Assembly (NCBI GenBank): GCA_013288215.1 | Contig: JABDCI010000005.1 | Span: 2,962-66,961 of the forward strand | From: Verrucomicrobiota bacterium | GTDB taxonomy: Bacteria; Verrucomicrobiota; Verrucomicrobiia; JABWAM01 | Direction of reading: 5' to 3' | Length of the DNA stretch: 64,000 nt | In this document: one piece after another, positions 18,037 to 26,321 of the stretch | How the letters are laid out: every line of letters starts with the position of its first letter | Numbering within the stretch: the stretch's first letter is position 1 | Translations under genes and position numbers: made by a program | The notes under the pieces: model-generated | Told to the model about the DNA's origin: nothing | Database searches by the model: none | The model's input: the letters and a program-made list of their open reading frames with translations, nothing else

Positions 18037-18540
18037 TTATTTGGATGCCGACATAATCCGAATATTATCAACCCAGCTGGCTTTCCCCTTGCCTTCGACG
18101 ATGATCACAACGTTAAAGGATTTTTTGCCTGTCCAACCGGTGGCAGCCTTGATATCGCCCTTTTGGATTCCATCGGCACTGGATCGAGGAATCACCACGA
18201 AAAGGTCACTCCAGTCGAGCGGAGCCACAGCCACTTTAAATGCGCTATCTTGATCGACTTTATTGATTTTCACTTCGAGCATCGGCGTTTGGTCGACGTT
18301 GATGTCTTTCACGACAAACGCAATTTTGCCCCATGTGTCCTTGCCATCCTGCGTGACCTTGAAGACCCCCGGCTCGGCTTGTTCAACTTTCGCTCCAAAG
18401 CTTGGGTCAGTTTTGTTATCGTACCAGTCCTTGGTAGAGGAGCAATCATTCTCCCATCCAATGACTTCTTCAGCGATCAGGGTGACGCCGCCTGCAAGCA
18501 GTCCGGCGAATGTGAGTGTGACGAGGTGTTTATTCAACAT
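18037..18540 (-). CDS. Small secreted protein of unknown function (paralog B)
   Basis: From the ATG at 18540 it reads MLNKHLVTLTFAGLLAGGVTLIA, a signal peptide. It is a paralog of 17299-17799. Confidence 0.8.
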   Translation of the reverse strand: MLNKHLVTLTFAGLLAGGVTLIAEEVIGWENDCSSTKDWYDNKTDPSFGAKVEQAEPGVFKVTQDGKDTWGKIAFVVKDINVDQTPMLEVKINKVDQDSAFKVAVAPLDWSDLFVVIPRSSADGIQKGDIKAATGWTGKKSFNVVIIVEGKGKASWVDNIRIMSASK

Positions 18541-18611
18541 AAGAGATTCCTTTAAGAGGTTGGGATACAAGTTGTAAGACACATTTGAGCGACTGTATAG
18601 AGAACACAAAA

Positions 18612-20399
18612 TCAGGGTGCTTTCAATACTCCAATTTCCCAGAGCGAAAATCCCCAGGAGGTTGCGCGATCCTGCAAGTTCAGGCGAATATAGCGTGCCT
18701 TGACGGATTCAAAGGGGAGCACCTGAAGTCCACCGGTGAAATCCTTGATCGTGTAGATGGTTTTCCAATTCGTGTCGTCATTCGACACGTCAATCGTAAA
18801 TGCCTTTGCGCAAGCCGTTTCCCAGTCAAGAATGATCTTTGAAAACGCCTGACTTTCACCGAGGTCGAGTTTCACCCACTGACCATCCTTGTAGTCGCTG
18901 CCCCATCGCGTCGTCGAATCGGCATCCGTGAGATATTCAGCTTTGGGCACATTGCCTCCAACGTCGGCGGGGTCAATAAAAGTGGAACTCACCGTCACCG
19001 TTTTGCCTTTTGCGATATTGTCGGGAGACTTGAGCAGCTCGTACGCGTCGATCAGCTCCTTGTCTTTCCCACTCGTCGGAAGATAGCGGCCAAATTCCTT
19101 GCTGGCGGGAATTTCGGTGAGCCAAGCCCAGTCTACCTTTTTGGACGTTTCCTCCAGGATTTTATTCGCTTCATCCCCTTTGCCATCCACAAGGGCCAAG
19201 GCCGCGAGGTCGACCGCTTCGTTCTGGGTTCTGAATTGTTCGCCTTTCGGATCATATTTCTTGGCGATCGCTTTGCGCAGCTGGAATATCTTGAACGGCA
19301 GGCTGTTGTCTGAGAGATCGGCTTTGCGTCCGTTGAATTTCTCGATCATCTGTTCGGTTTGATCGAGGTACTGGGTCTTGAACTCAAACGTGGGCTCGAT
19401 CACGGAACCTTCCTGGAAATCATTCCATGTGACGATTTGCACAAGGTCGGGATTCATACGAATGGCCTTGTCCCATTGTCCCGCGTAATAGGCGCCGTTC
19501 ACGCGCGGGATGACCGGATGGTTTTGTCCCCAGGAGGCCACGCCTGAGCTGTCGAATCCGGGACTTGCACCTGCCACGACATAGTTGAGTTTCCCTTTTT
19601 TCTTTTGGTCGTTCGCGGTGTCGGCAAACCACTTCTGGTAGGCGTCATCGCCAACCCATTGGTACGCACCCTTCGCGGAGAGCCAGTAGACAGGATCGAC
19701 GTGCTCGCGAAAAAGCACCCAGTCTGTCGAATTCACCGCCTGTTTGATCTTCGCCAGCTCCATGTAATTGAAGACCGCTTCCTGTCCTGCAAATTGTCCA
19801 CCGCTCAGGAACATGAAGATGGCCGGCTTTCCGTCAACCTTGAGGTAACCCGGCGTGCTGCCGTAGGTTTTCAGGATATAGCTGAAATCCTCGATCCCAA
19901 GTTGAACGGAATCGTCTCGTGTTTTTGGATTGCGATATCCTGGAAACGCCGCTTTTTCCTCATAGCATGCGGCGAAACTGAATTTATATTTGGGGCAGAT
20001 CGTTGCCAGTTCCTGCATTGCCACGTCGCTAATCGAGCCGGGCTGATACCAATCAATGACGAAACCGTCAATGCCGGCGGCTTTGGCGCTGAGGACGTGA
20101 TATTCGATCACGTCAGGATCATTGGAATCGTAAACGCCGAGGAGGGGATAAAAGACCGAGCTGATGTCGCGTTTGCCGCTCTCCAATACTTTTTCCGCGT
20201 CGTGTGGGGTGCCGTGCAGTTTGTACGACCAATGCTCCATGCGAAAACCACCCCGATATGGCCGATTTTCAAACCAGCACATGTAGTGGGCGAGCACTTT
20301 TTTTTCAGTTTTCTTTTCAGGAACACTCTCACCGAGGACGAAGGAGGATAAACCCAAGCAGAGGGTTGATACAGCCAGCACCGCGGTTGGAAATTTCAT
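18612..20399 (-). CDS. Secreted glycoside hydrolase (GH99-like TIM barrel) with a C-terminal F5/8 type C (CBM32/discoidin) domain
   Basis: It has a signal peptide. PLLGVYDSNDPDVIEYHVLSAKAAGIDGFVIDWY and SPGFDSSG...VTWNDFQEGSVIEP resemble GH99 endo-mannosidase-type motifs. The C-terminal segment TRWGSDYKDGQWVKLDLG...ARYIRLNL...WGFSLWEIGV is discoidin-like. Confidence 0.65.
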   Translation of the reverse strand: MKFPTAVLAVSTLCLGLSSFVLGESVPEKKTEKKVLAHYMCWFENRPYRGGFRMEHWSYKLHGTPHDAEKVLESGKRDISSVFYPLLGVYDSNDPDVIEYHVLSAKAAGIDGFVIDWYQPGSISDVAMQELATICPKYKFSFAACYEEKAAFPGYRNPKTRDDSVQLGIEDFSYILKTYGSTPGYLKVDGKPAIFMFLSGGQFAGQEAVFNYMELAKIKQAVNSTDWVLFREHVDPVYWLSAKGAYQWVGDDAYQKWFADTANDQKKKGKLNYVVAGASPGFDSSGVASWGQNHPVIPRVNGAYYAGQWDKAIRMNPDLVQIVTWNDFQEGSVIEPTFEFKTQYLDQTEQMIEKFNGRKADLSDNSLPFKIFQLRKAIAKKYDPKGEQFRTQNEAVDLAALALVDGKGDEANKILEETSKKVDWAWLTEIPASKEFGRYLPTSGKDKELIDAYELLKSPDNIAKGKTVTVSSTFIDPADVGGNVPKAEYLTDADSTTRWGSDYKDGQWVKLDLGESQAFSKIILDWETACAKAFTIDVSNDDTNWKTIYTIKDFTGGLQVLPFESVKARYIRLNLQDRATSWGFSLWEIGVLKAP

Positions 20400-20570
20400 A
20401 GAAGACAGAAAAGAAAAGGACTCGTATCGATTGGATTCATCCGATAATGCGAAATACCACGGATGTCAAGCGAAGCGGACCTCTTGGGATCGATTACATG
20501 GGTGAAACCGCGTTCATAGACCATGATTTCGCCGTTTGTCTCTTTTTGAGTATTGGTTTAGGATGCATGC

Positions 20571-21434
20571 ATGCGAAGCGTTGGGTGCGCGATCGTGGTT
20601 CTTTTTTTTATCTTGTTTCCGGATTTTCGCGTCAGCGCGGAGGAGCGCAACATGGTGGTGGAAGTTTATCCGCTCGCACTTGCGGATTTTGATGCTTCTA
20701 TTGAAATCGCAAGGGGGCTCGTGTCACCTGAAGGCAAGCTTGTTGAAGATCGCCCCGGCAATCGCCTCATCGTGCTCGATTATCCGGAGAAGCAGGCGGA
20801 GCTTCGTATAGCGTTGAAGACTGTCGGCACGCCTCAATACAATGTACGCATCGAAGTAACATTCGATGACAACGGCGAAATCCGTTCCGATGCGATCGGG
20901 GTTCAGGGTGGTTTTCGTGTGGGTCATATTCAGGCTCCAAGCGAGCTTCCTCATGCTTCGGAGACCCACGTGGAAATCAATAGGCTGGAGGAATCACGCG
21001 CTGCGATTGTGCATCAGGAGCTTCTTGTGATGAGCGGATCCAGGGGCCGGTTGCGTGTCGGCACCGACGTGCCTTACGCGGATTGGTTCTGGAACTATGG
21101 CACGCAACTTGGATTGTGGAGCGGCGCGCTCCGATGGAAGGAACTAGGCGCGCAAATGGCGGTCGAACCTTATGTCCTGGGCCAGCGCATCCGTCTGCGT
21201 TTAACGCCGGAATTCAGCTACATGCTCGATGGAGAAAGCATGACCACCAGCGTGGAAAAGTTAATGACGGAACTATGGGTCCAGAATGGCGAGGAGGTAG
21301 ACCTTGGCGGAATATCAGCATCCGACCGGGAATTTTTTTCGCGATTTCTTGTCGGCTATAATCGTCTGGGTGAGAAGCATTCCCTTCGCATCAAGGTCAA
21401 ACCAACCATCGAACCCATCGGGCCGGCTTCTTAG
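20571..21434 (+). CDS. Short secretin-like protein (one NolW/Secretin_N-like domain plus a reduced secretin-like C-terminal region)
   Basis: It has a signal peptide ending VSA. VVEVYPLALADFDASIEIARGLVSPEGKLVEDRPGNRLIVLDYPEKQAELRIAL fits the Secretin_N pattern. NVRIEVTF and ELWVQNGEEVDLGGI...SLRIKVKPTI resemble secretin-domain start and end motifs. The CDS is solid, but the functional call is tentative. Confidence 0.45.
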   Translation: MRSVGCAIVVLFFILFPDFRVSAEERNMVVEVYPLALADFDASIEIARGLVSPEGKLVEDRPGNRLIVLDYPEKQAELRIALKTVGTPQYNVRIEVTFDDNGEIRSDAIGVQGGFRVGHIQAPSELPHASETHVEINRLEESRAAIVHQELLVMSGSRGRLRVGTDVPYADWFWNYGTQLGLWSGALRWKELGAQMAVEPYVLGQRIRLRLTPEFSYMLDGESMTTSVEKLMTELWVQNGEEVDLGGISASDREFFSRFLVGYNRLGEKHSLRIKVKPTIEPIGPAS

Positions 21435-21443
21435 TTCGAGGGA

Positions 21444-22451
21444 TCAATGCTTTAGAAGCCATTCTGCGATCTGGACCGCATTCAGCGCTGCGCCTTTAAG
21501 CAGCTGATCGCCGCTTACGAACATCGCAAGCGCGTTGGGGCTTGAAAGATCGTCACGCAGACGCCCAACAAAGACATCGTACTGGCCGCTGGATTCGATC
21601 GGCATGGGGAAATAGTTTTTTTCGCGGTCATCCACAAGCTTCACGCCCGGCGATCGCGACAAGATCTCGCGCGCTTCGGCGGCCGAAAGCTTTTTCACCG
21701 TCTCGATCATGATGCTTTCCGAATGCGCGCGAAACACAGGCACGCGGATGCACGTGGGACAGATCGCAAGATGAGGTTCGTGGAACATCTTGCGCGTTTC
21801 CTCGATCACCTTGTTTTCCTCCTCGTTATAGCCGTTATCTGCGACTTTTGTATTATGAGAGAACACGTTGAACGCGATCTGGTGCGGCAGCACTTCCTTT
21901 TTCGCGGCTTTGCCGTCAAGCACATCCCGAGCCTGAGATTCCAGTTCGGCCATCGCTTTCGCACCTGCGCCGCTGGCGGCCTGGTAGGTGGAGACAACGA
22001 TGCGCTTGATGCGCGCGCGCTGATGGAGAGGCCAGAGCGGCACGACCATGATCGCAGCGGAGCAATTGGGATTGGCGATGATGCCTTTGTGGCTTTTGAG
22101 GTCGTTGGGATTCACCTCGGGCACCACGAGTGGAACATCGGGGTCCATGCGGAACGCCGAAGAATTATCGACGACAATCGCGCCAGCTCTGACGGCATAG
22201 GGAGCAAATTCCCTCGAGCGAGTCGCGCCTGCGCTGAAAATGGCGATGTCGGCTCCCTGAAAGGATTCGGGCGTCACTTGCTTGACGATATGTTCCTGGC
22301 CCCGAAACTTCATTTTTTTGCCGACGGAACGTTCCGAAGCGAGAAGGGAAAGCTGGCCGACGGGAAAGCGGCGATTTTCGAGCGTTTTCAACACTTCGAC
22401 ACCGACCGCGCCCGTAGCGCCAAGAACTGCAACATGAACGGGCTGTTTCAT
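21444..22451 (-). CDS. asd: Aspartate-semialdehyde dehydrogenase
   Basis: It shows VAVLGATGAVGVEVLKTLE, DNSSAFRMDPDVPLVVPEVN and IIANPNCS, which contains the active-site Cys. Length is 335 aa. Confidence 0.92.
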   Translation of the reverse strand: MKQPVHVAVLGATGAVGVEVLKTLENRRFPVGQLSLLASERSVGKKMKFRGQEHIVKQVTPESFQGADIAIFSAGATRSREFAPYAVRAGAIVVDNSSAFRMDPDVPLVVPEVNPNDLKSHKGIIANPNCSAAIMVVPLWPLHQRARIKRIVVSTYQAASGAGAKAMAELESQARDVLDGKAAKKEVLPHQIAFNVFSHNTKVADNGYNEEENKVIEETRKMFHEPHLAICPTCIRVPVFRAHSESIMIETVKKLSAAEAREILSRSPGVKLVDDREKNYFPMPIESSGQYDVFVGRLRDDLSSPNALAMFVSGDQLLKGAALNAVQIAEWLLKH

Positions 22452-22483
22452 AGGGGAAAATAGTCATTTTCTCCAAGAAAAGA

Positions 22484-22723
22484 ATGAAGTCAACGATGAT
22501 GTATTCGACTTCGCAGTGTCTAGAGGAAACGGAGGAGATTCTTTCCAAAGTGGGTCTCAAGCTTTCGGATGCCGTAAGGCTTCTCTGTTACTAGATCACA
22601 CTGCGTCACGCCTTGCCGTTCGAATTAAAAAATCCAAATCGTGAAACGGTTGACGCAATGAATGAGCCCGTCAGCAGCTTGATCCTTTTTCGAACAGGAT
22701 CACATAGCGAGTTTTTCGAATAA
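22484..22723 (+). pseudogene. Decayed RelB/DinJ-type antitoxin remnant interrupted by an in-frame TAG
   Basis: The frame reads MKSTMMYSTSQCLEETEEILSKVGLKLSDAVRLLCY, then a stop (TAG 22592-22594), then ITLRHALPFELKNPNRETVDAMNE... This matches the DinJ/RelB pattern (..L..lGLs.SdAi.lf..q.....lPFe...PN.eT..Am.E). I recognise no intact toxin downstream. Confidence 0.45.
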
Positions 22724-22840
22724 GTCATGAAGCTATGGGATGAGAGAGTTTTGTTAAGCGAGAAAAAATGGTTGATGATCAGCCATTTTGAGAGCTTCGA
22801 GCCAGCGGCAGCCTGAAGAAACGTTCTCCGAGAACAAATA

Positions 22841-24427
22841 TCAGACTGCGGGAGGTGCATCGTCCTTGCGATAGGACCCTACGACCATTTCGCTTAGAAA
22901 CTTATCGGGCCTGTCGAGCGCGGCGGCCGGGATGATGAATTCGGAGAGACCTGTGTTTTTCTTCACCAAATTGAGTCCGAATTCGTAATCTTTGAAGATG
23001 CCGGCACAGATGTCCCGCACGTTGCGCTTTTCATGGCGGGAACGCTCGATGATGCGGTCCACGGCGTCGGGTTCGAGCTTGAGCGTGAGTCCATGCCGCT
23101 GTGCGAAACGAGCGCAAAAGTCGCGGATGCCCGCGTCGAGCACGCTCTTTTCCTGCAGCAATTCCGCGTCGAGCACATCGCGCAGCGCTTGTTCGGGATG
23201 GAAGATCGTTTCCTCGGTAATTTGAAAATGGTGAATGCCCGAGGAGGGAAGATGGAATTTGAAATCGCGGAAGACCCGCTCGCATACGGTCATCAGGCCG
23301 CGGGCGCCCGTCTGCTCCTTTTCCGACAGGTCTGCGATCGCGCGAAGGGCGGATTCCTTGAATTCCACTTCGATGCCGAACGCATGGAAGCTGCGTTCAT
23401 ATTGCCGCACGATCGAACCTTCGCTGATGCGCAGAATTTCAAAGAGATCCTCCTTGCTCAAAGGATCGCAAATGACGCGAATAGGGAGGCGGCCGATGAA
23501 TTCGGGCTCGAAACCAAATTTCACGAAATCCTGTGTCGTGGCGCTTCGGAAAAGTTCCGTCTGGACGATTTCCTCTTTCGCGTCGGGAGCGTGAAAGCCG
23601 ATGCGCGATTTTTTCAGGCGCGTCTGGATGATTTCCTCGAGGCGATCAAAGGCCCCGGAAACGATGAAGAGAATGTGGCGTGTGTTGAGCGTTTCGCGCT
23701 TGAGCTTGCCTTTGCGCTGGAATTCCATGGCGGCCTGAATTTGGGAGGGCAGGTCGCTCGGGCTGCGGAGCGGCACTTCCGTTTCCTCCATGAGCTTGAG
23801 CAAATTCGTTTGCACGCCGCGGCCACTCACGTCGCGGCCGACGATGCCCGCGGGAGTCGCGATCTTGTCGATTTCGTCGATATAGATGATGCCATATTGC
23901 GCAAGCTTCACATTTCCATCGGCTCGCTGAACAAGTTCGCGCACGAGATCGTCCACATCGCCACCGACATAGCCTGTCTCGCTGAACTTGGTGGCGTCGG
24001 CTTTTACGAACGGAACGCCGATGAGCTGTGCGATGGTTCTCACGAGATATGTTTTGCCGACGCCGGTGGGTCCAAGGAGAATGACGTTTTGCTTGGCGTA
24101 ATCAGAGCGTTTATCTGGAGATTTCTCCTCCTGTTCCGTCTGGCGGATGTGGTTGTAGTGGTCGCACACGGCGATGGACAAGGCCTTCTTGGCATCGTCC
24201 TGACGGATCACAAAGCGGTCGAGGTGTTCTTTGATTTCCTTCGGCTTGAGATGGAAATCGAAGTCCATCGGCGCATCCGGGTCGGATCCTTCAGGGCCGT
24301 CGTTTGTCGAGCCTGATTCCGGCTGCGCCATGACGGTGGAAAAGACGACTTTGTCGCCGAATTGCTGCTTCATGAATTCGGCGAGCTTCTTTTGAAGCTC
24401 TTGCTGGGTAGGGGAATCGTTGCTCAT
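22841..24427 (-). CDS. ClpX/HslU-family AAA+ unfoldase lacking the N-terminal zinc ribbon, with an extended C-terminus
   Basis: Walker A is LLGPTGVGKT. The pore loop is ETGYVGGDV. Walker B is IIYIDEIDKI. RIGF is an IGF-like element. TGARGL marks the sensor-2/small domain. The first ~60 residues contain no Cys. A second small-domain-like repeat, LKLEPDAVDRIIERS, follows. Confidence 0.8.
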   Translation of the reverse strand: MSNDSPTQQELQKKLAEFMKQQFGDKVVFSTVMAQPESGSTNDGPEGSDPDAPMDFDFHLKPKEIKEHLDRFVIRQDDAKKALSIAVCDHYNHIRQTEQEEKSPDKRSDYAKQNVILLGPTGVGKTYLVRTIAQLIGVPFVKADATKFSETGYVGGDVDDLVRELVQRADGNVKLAQYGIIYIDEIDKIATPAGIVGRDVSGRGVQTNLLKLMEETEVPLRSPSDLPSQIQAAMEFQRKGKLKRETLNTRHILFIVSGAFDRLEEIIQTRLKKSRIGFHAPDAKEEIVQTELFRSATTQDFVKFGFEPEFIGRLPIRVICDPLSKEDLFEILRISEGSIVRQYERSFHAFGIEVEFKESALRAIADLSEKEQTGARGLMTVCERVFRDFKFHLPSSGIHHFQITEETIFHPEQALRDVLDAELLQEKSVLDAGIRDFCARFAQRHGLTLKLEPDAVDRIIERSRHEKRNVRDICAGIFKDYEFGLNLVKKNTGLSEFIIPAAALDRPDKFLSEMVVGSYRKDDAPPAV

Positions 24428-24441
24428 CCTGACATTCTACG

Positions 24442-25086
24442 TCACTTCTTCGCCTTTTCCCAATCGGAGAGGAACTTGGCGAGACCGAGATCGGTGAGGG
24501 GATGCTGCACGAGTTGTTTCAGCACGGAGTAGGGGGCCGTAATGACATCGGAGCCGATCTTTGCCGCCTCGACGAAATGCATGGGGCTGCGAGCGGACGC
24601 CGTAAGGATCTGGGTCTTGATGCCATAATTGTCGTAGATCTGGCGAATGTCGCGGATCAGCTGCATGCCGTCGGTCGAAATGTCATCGAGCCGGCCGACA
24701 AAAGGACTGATGTAAGTGGCGCCCGCTTTTGCGGCGAGGAGGGCTTGTGAAGGGCTAAAACAGAGGGTGCAATTTGTCTTGTAGCCTTTTTCGGTGAGGA
24801 TTTTCAACGCCTTTAGGCCTTCGATAATCAGCGGCACCTTAATGACGATGTTCTTGTGGATTTTAGCGTAAGTTTCGCCTTCTTTCACCATCTCGTCGGC
24901 CTTGAGGGCAGTGACCTCTGCCGAGATCGGGCCGTCGACGATGGCGAGGATTTCATCGAGCAACTGACGGAAAGGCTTGCCGCTTTTGGCGGCAAGCGAA
25001 GGATTGGTGGTGACGCCGTCTAAAATACCCCACGACGCCAGTTCGCGGATTTCGTTGATCTCGCCCGTATCAATAAAAATTTTCAT
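24442..25086 (-). CDS. tal: Transaldolase / fructose-6-phosphate aldolase (short Tal type)
   Basis: It shows [38 protein letters not shown] and [10 protein letters not shown]. Length is 214 aa. Confidence 0.9.
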   Translation of the reverse strand: MKIFIDTGEINEIRELASWGILDGVTTNPSLAAKSGKPFRQLLDEILAIVDGPISAEVTALKADEMVKEGETYAKIHKNIVIKVPLIIEGLKALKILTEKGYKTNCTLCFSPSQALLAAKAGATYISPFVGRLDDISTDGMQLIRDIRQIYDNYGIKTQILTASARSPMHFVEAAKIGSDVITAPYSVLKQLVQHPLTDLGLAKFLSDWEKAKK

Positions 25087-25209
25087 GAGAAAAAAACGTG
25101 TCGTTTATAGCTTAGCTCGGATCCTCGTGAGGGCAAATGCGAATTTGCCTCGACCACTTCCTGAATCCTTCTTAGATTAAGTTGAGAAGTCTGGCAGCAA
25201 AGTTCAATC

Positions 25210-26301
25210 ATGAAAGAATACCTGGACGGAATTCTCAAATACGCGGTGAACGTGGGTGCATCGGATATTCATTTGAAGCCGAACAAACAGCCCATTCTTC
25301 GAGTTTCGGCCCAACTGGTTCATGTGGAGGCGGATGCACCCACCGATTCGGACATGATCAAGATCGCTCAGCTGATTGTCCCGGAGTTTTTACGCGAGCG
25401 ATTTAACCATGATCGAGAGGTGGACTTTTCCTATTTCGTGCCGGAGATCGGGCGTTTCCGCACGAACATTTATACTCAGCGCGGACAAGTCAATGTGGCG
25501 ATGCGCTATGTGAAGAGTAAAGTTCCGAATTTCAACGCGCTGAATCTTCCCGAAGTTCTGAAAAAATTGGCGATGAGCGAGCGAGGCATCATTCTGGTGG
25601 CCGGCGCGACGGGCAGCGGCAAATCGACGACGCTCGCGTGCATGCTCGAATACGTCAATTCGCATGACAAATGCCACATCATCACGATGGAGGATCCGAT
25701 CGAATATGTTTTCGAGGATAAGCAGTGCATTATCAACCAACGCGAGGTGGGGCTTGATACTATGTCGTTTGGCGCGGCGCTCAAAAACGTGCTGCGCCAG
25801 GATCCCGATGTGATCATGGTGGGTGAGATGCGCGATGCGGAAAGTTTTTCGGCGGCGATCACCGCTGCTGAGACAGGCCATCTGGTCATGACCACGGTCC
25901 ACTCCAATAATGCCACGCAGACCATCGTCCGCGTGCTCGACTTCTTCCCGATGGAGGAACGTGAGCAGATATTGCGGGCGCTCGCGGGCTGTCTTACGGC
26001 GATCATTTGCCAGCGTATGATTCCCGCGCGTGAAGGTGGCGCGGTGCCGGCGGTGGAAATTCTTATCAACACGCCCGTTGTGCGCAAACTCCTGGAGGAG
26101 CAAAAACTCGAAAAGTTGTCCTCCGCTCTCGAGGCCGGCAGCGATGACGGCATGCAGTCCTTCAATCAATCCATTTATAAATTGATCAAGGCAGGCATGA
26201 TCAGTGAGGAAGATGGGGTGCTTAAGTCGTCCAATCCTGATCAACTTCGCATGAATTTGAAGGGCATCTTCTTGGATGAATCGCGCCGGATCATTGGATA
26301 A
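25210..26301 (+). CDS. pilT: Type IV pilus retraction ATPase PilT/PilU family
   Basis: It shows GASDIHLKPN, Walker A GATGSGKSTT, the Asp box MEDPIEY, Walker B QDPDVIMVGEMRD and the His box GHLVMTTVHSNNA. Length is 363 aa. Confidence 0.9.
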   Translation: MKEYLDGILKYAVNVGASDIHLKPNKQPILRVSAQLVHVEADAPTDSDMIKIAQLIVPEFLRERFNHDREVDFSYFVPEIGRFRTNIYTQRGQVNVAMRYVKSKVPNFNALNLPEVLKKLAMSERGIILVAGATGSGKSTTLACMLEYVNSHDKCHIITMEDPIEYVFEDKQCIINQREVGLDTMSFGAALKNVLRQDPDVIMVGEMRDAESFSAAITAAETGHLVMTTVHSNNATQTIVRVLDFFPMEEREQILRALAGCLTAIICQRMIPAREGGAVPAVEILINTPVVRKLLEEQKLEKLSSALEAGSDDGMQSFNQSIYKLIKAGMISEEDGVLKSSNPDQLRMNLKGIFLDESRRIIG

Positions 26302-26321
26302 GCGGCGCGCATATCTGATTC

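Noticed and set aside
22592-22594. In-frame TAG in the DinJ/RelB-like frame as programmed read-through or recoding
   Set aside because: All other genes in the window terminate normally with standard stops, including TAG. The N-terminal part of the frame is also eroded, and no intact toxin follows. A pseudogene is the simpler explanation.
22606-22860. 84-aa minus-strand ORF between asd and the ClpX-like gene
   Set aside because: It has no motif and overlaps the 3' end of the ClpX-like gene and the antitoxin remnant. It is probably non-coding.
23033-24316. 427-aa plus-strand ORF
   Set aside because: It is antisense to the ClpX/HslU-like AAA+ gene, which has Walker A/B and GYVG motifs. The ORF has no motif of its own.
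25190-25206. TGGCAGCAAAGTTCA resembling a sigma-54 -24/-12 element before pilT
   Set aside because: The -12 element is TTCA rather than TTGC, and the site ends only a few nucleotides before the ATG. That leaves no room for a 5' UTR or a ribosome-binding site.
25390-26244. 284-aa and 219-aa minus-strand ORFs inside pilT
   Set aside because: They are antisense to a textbook PilT sequence.
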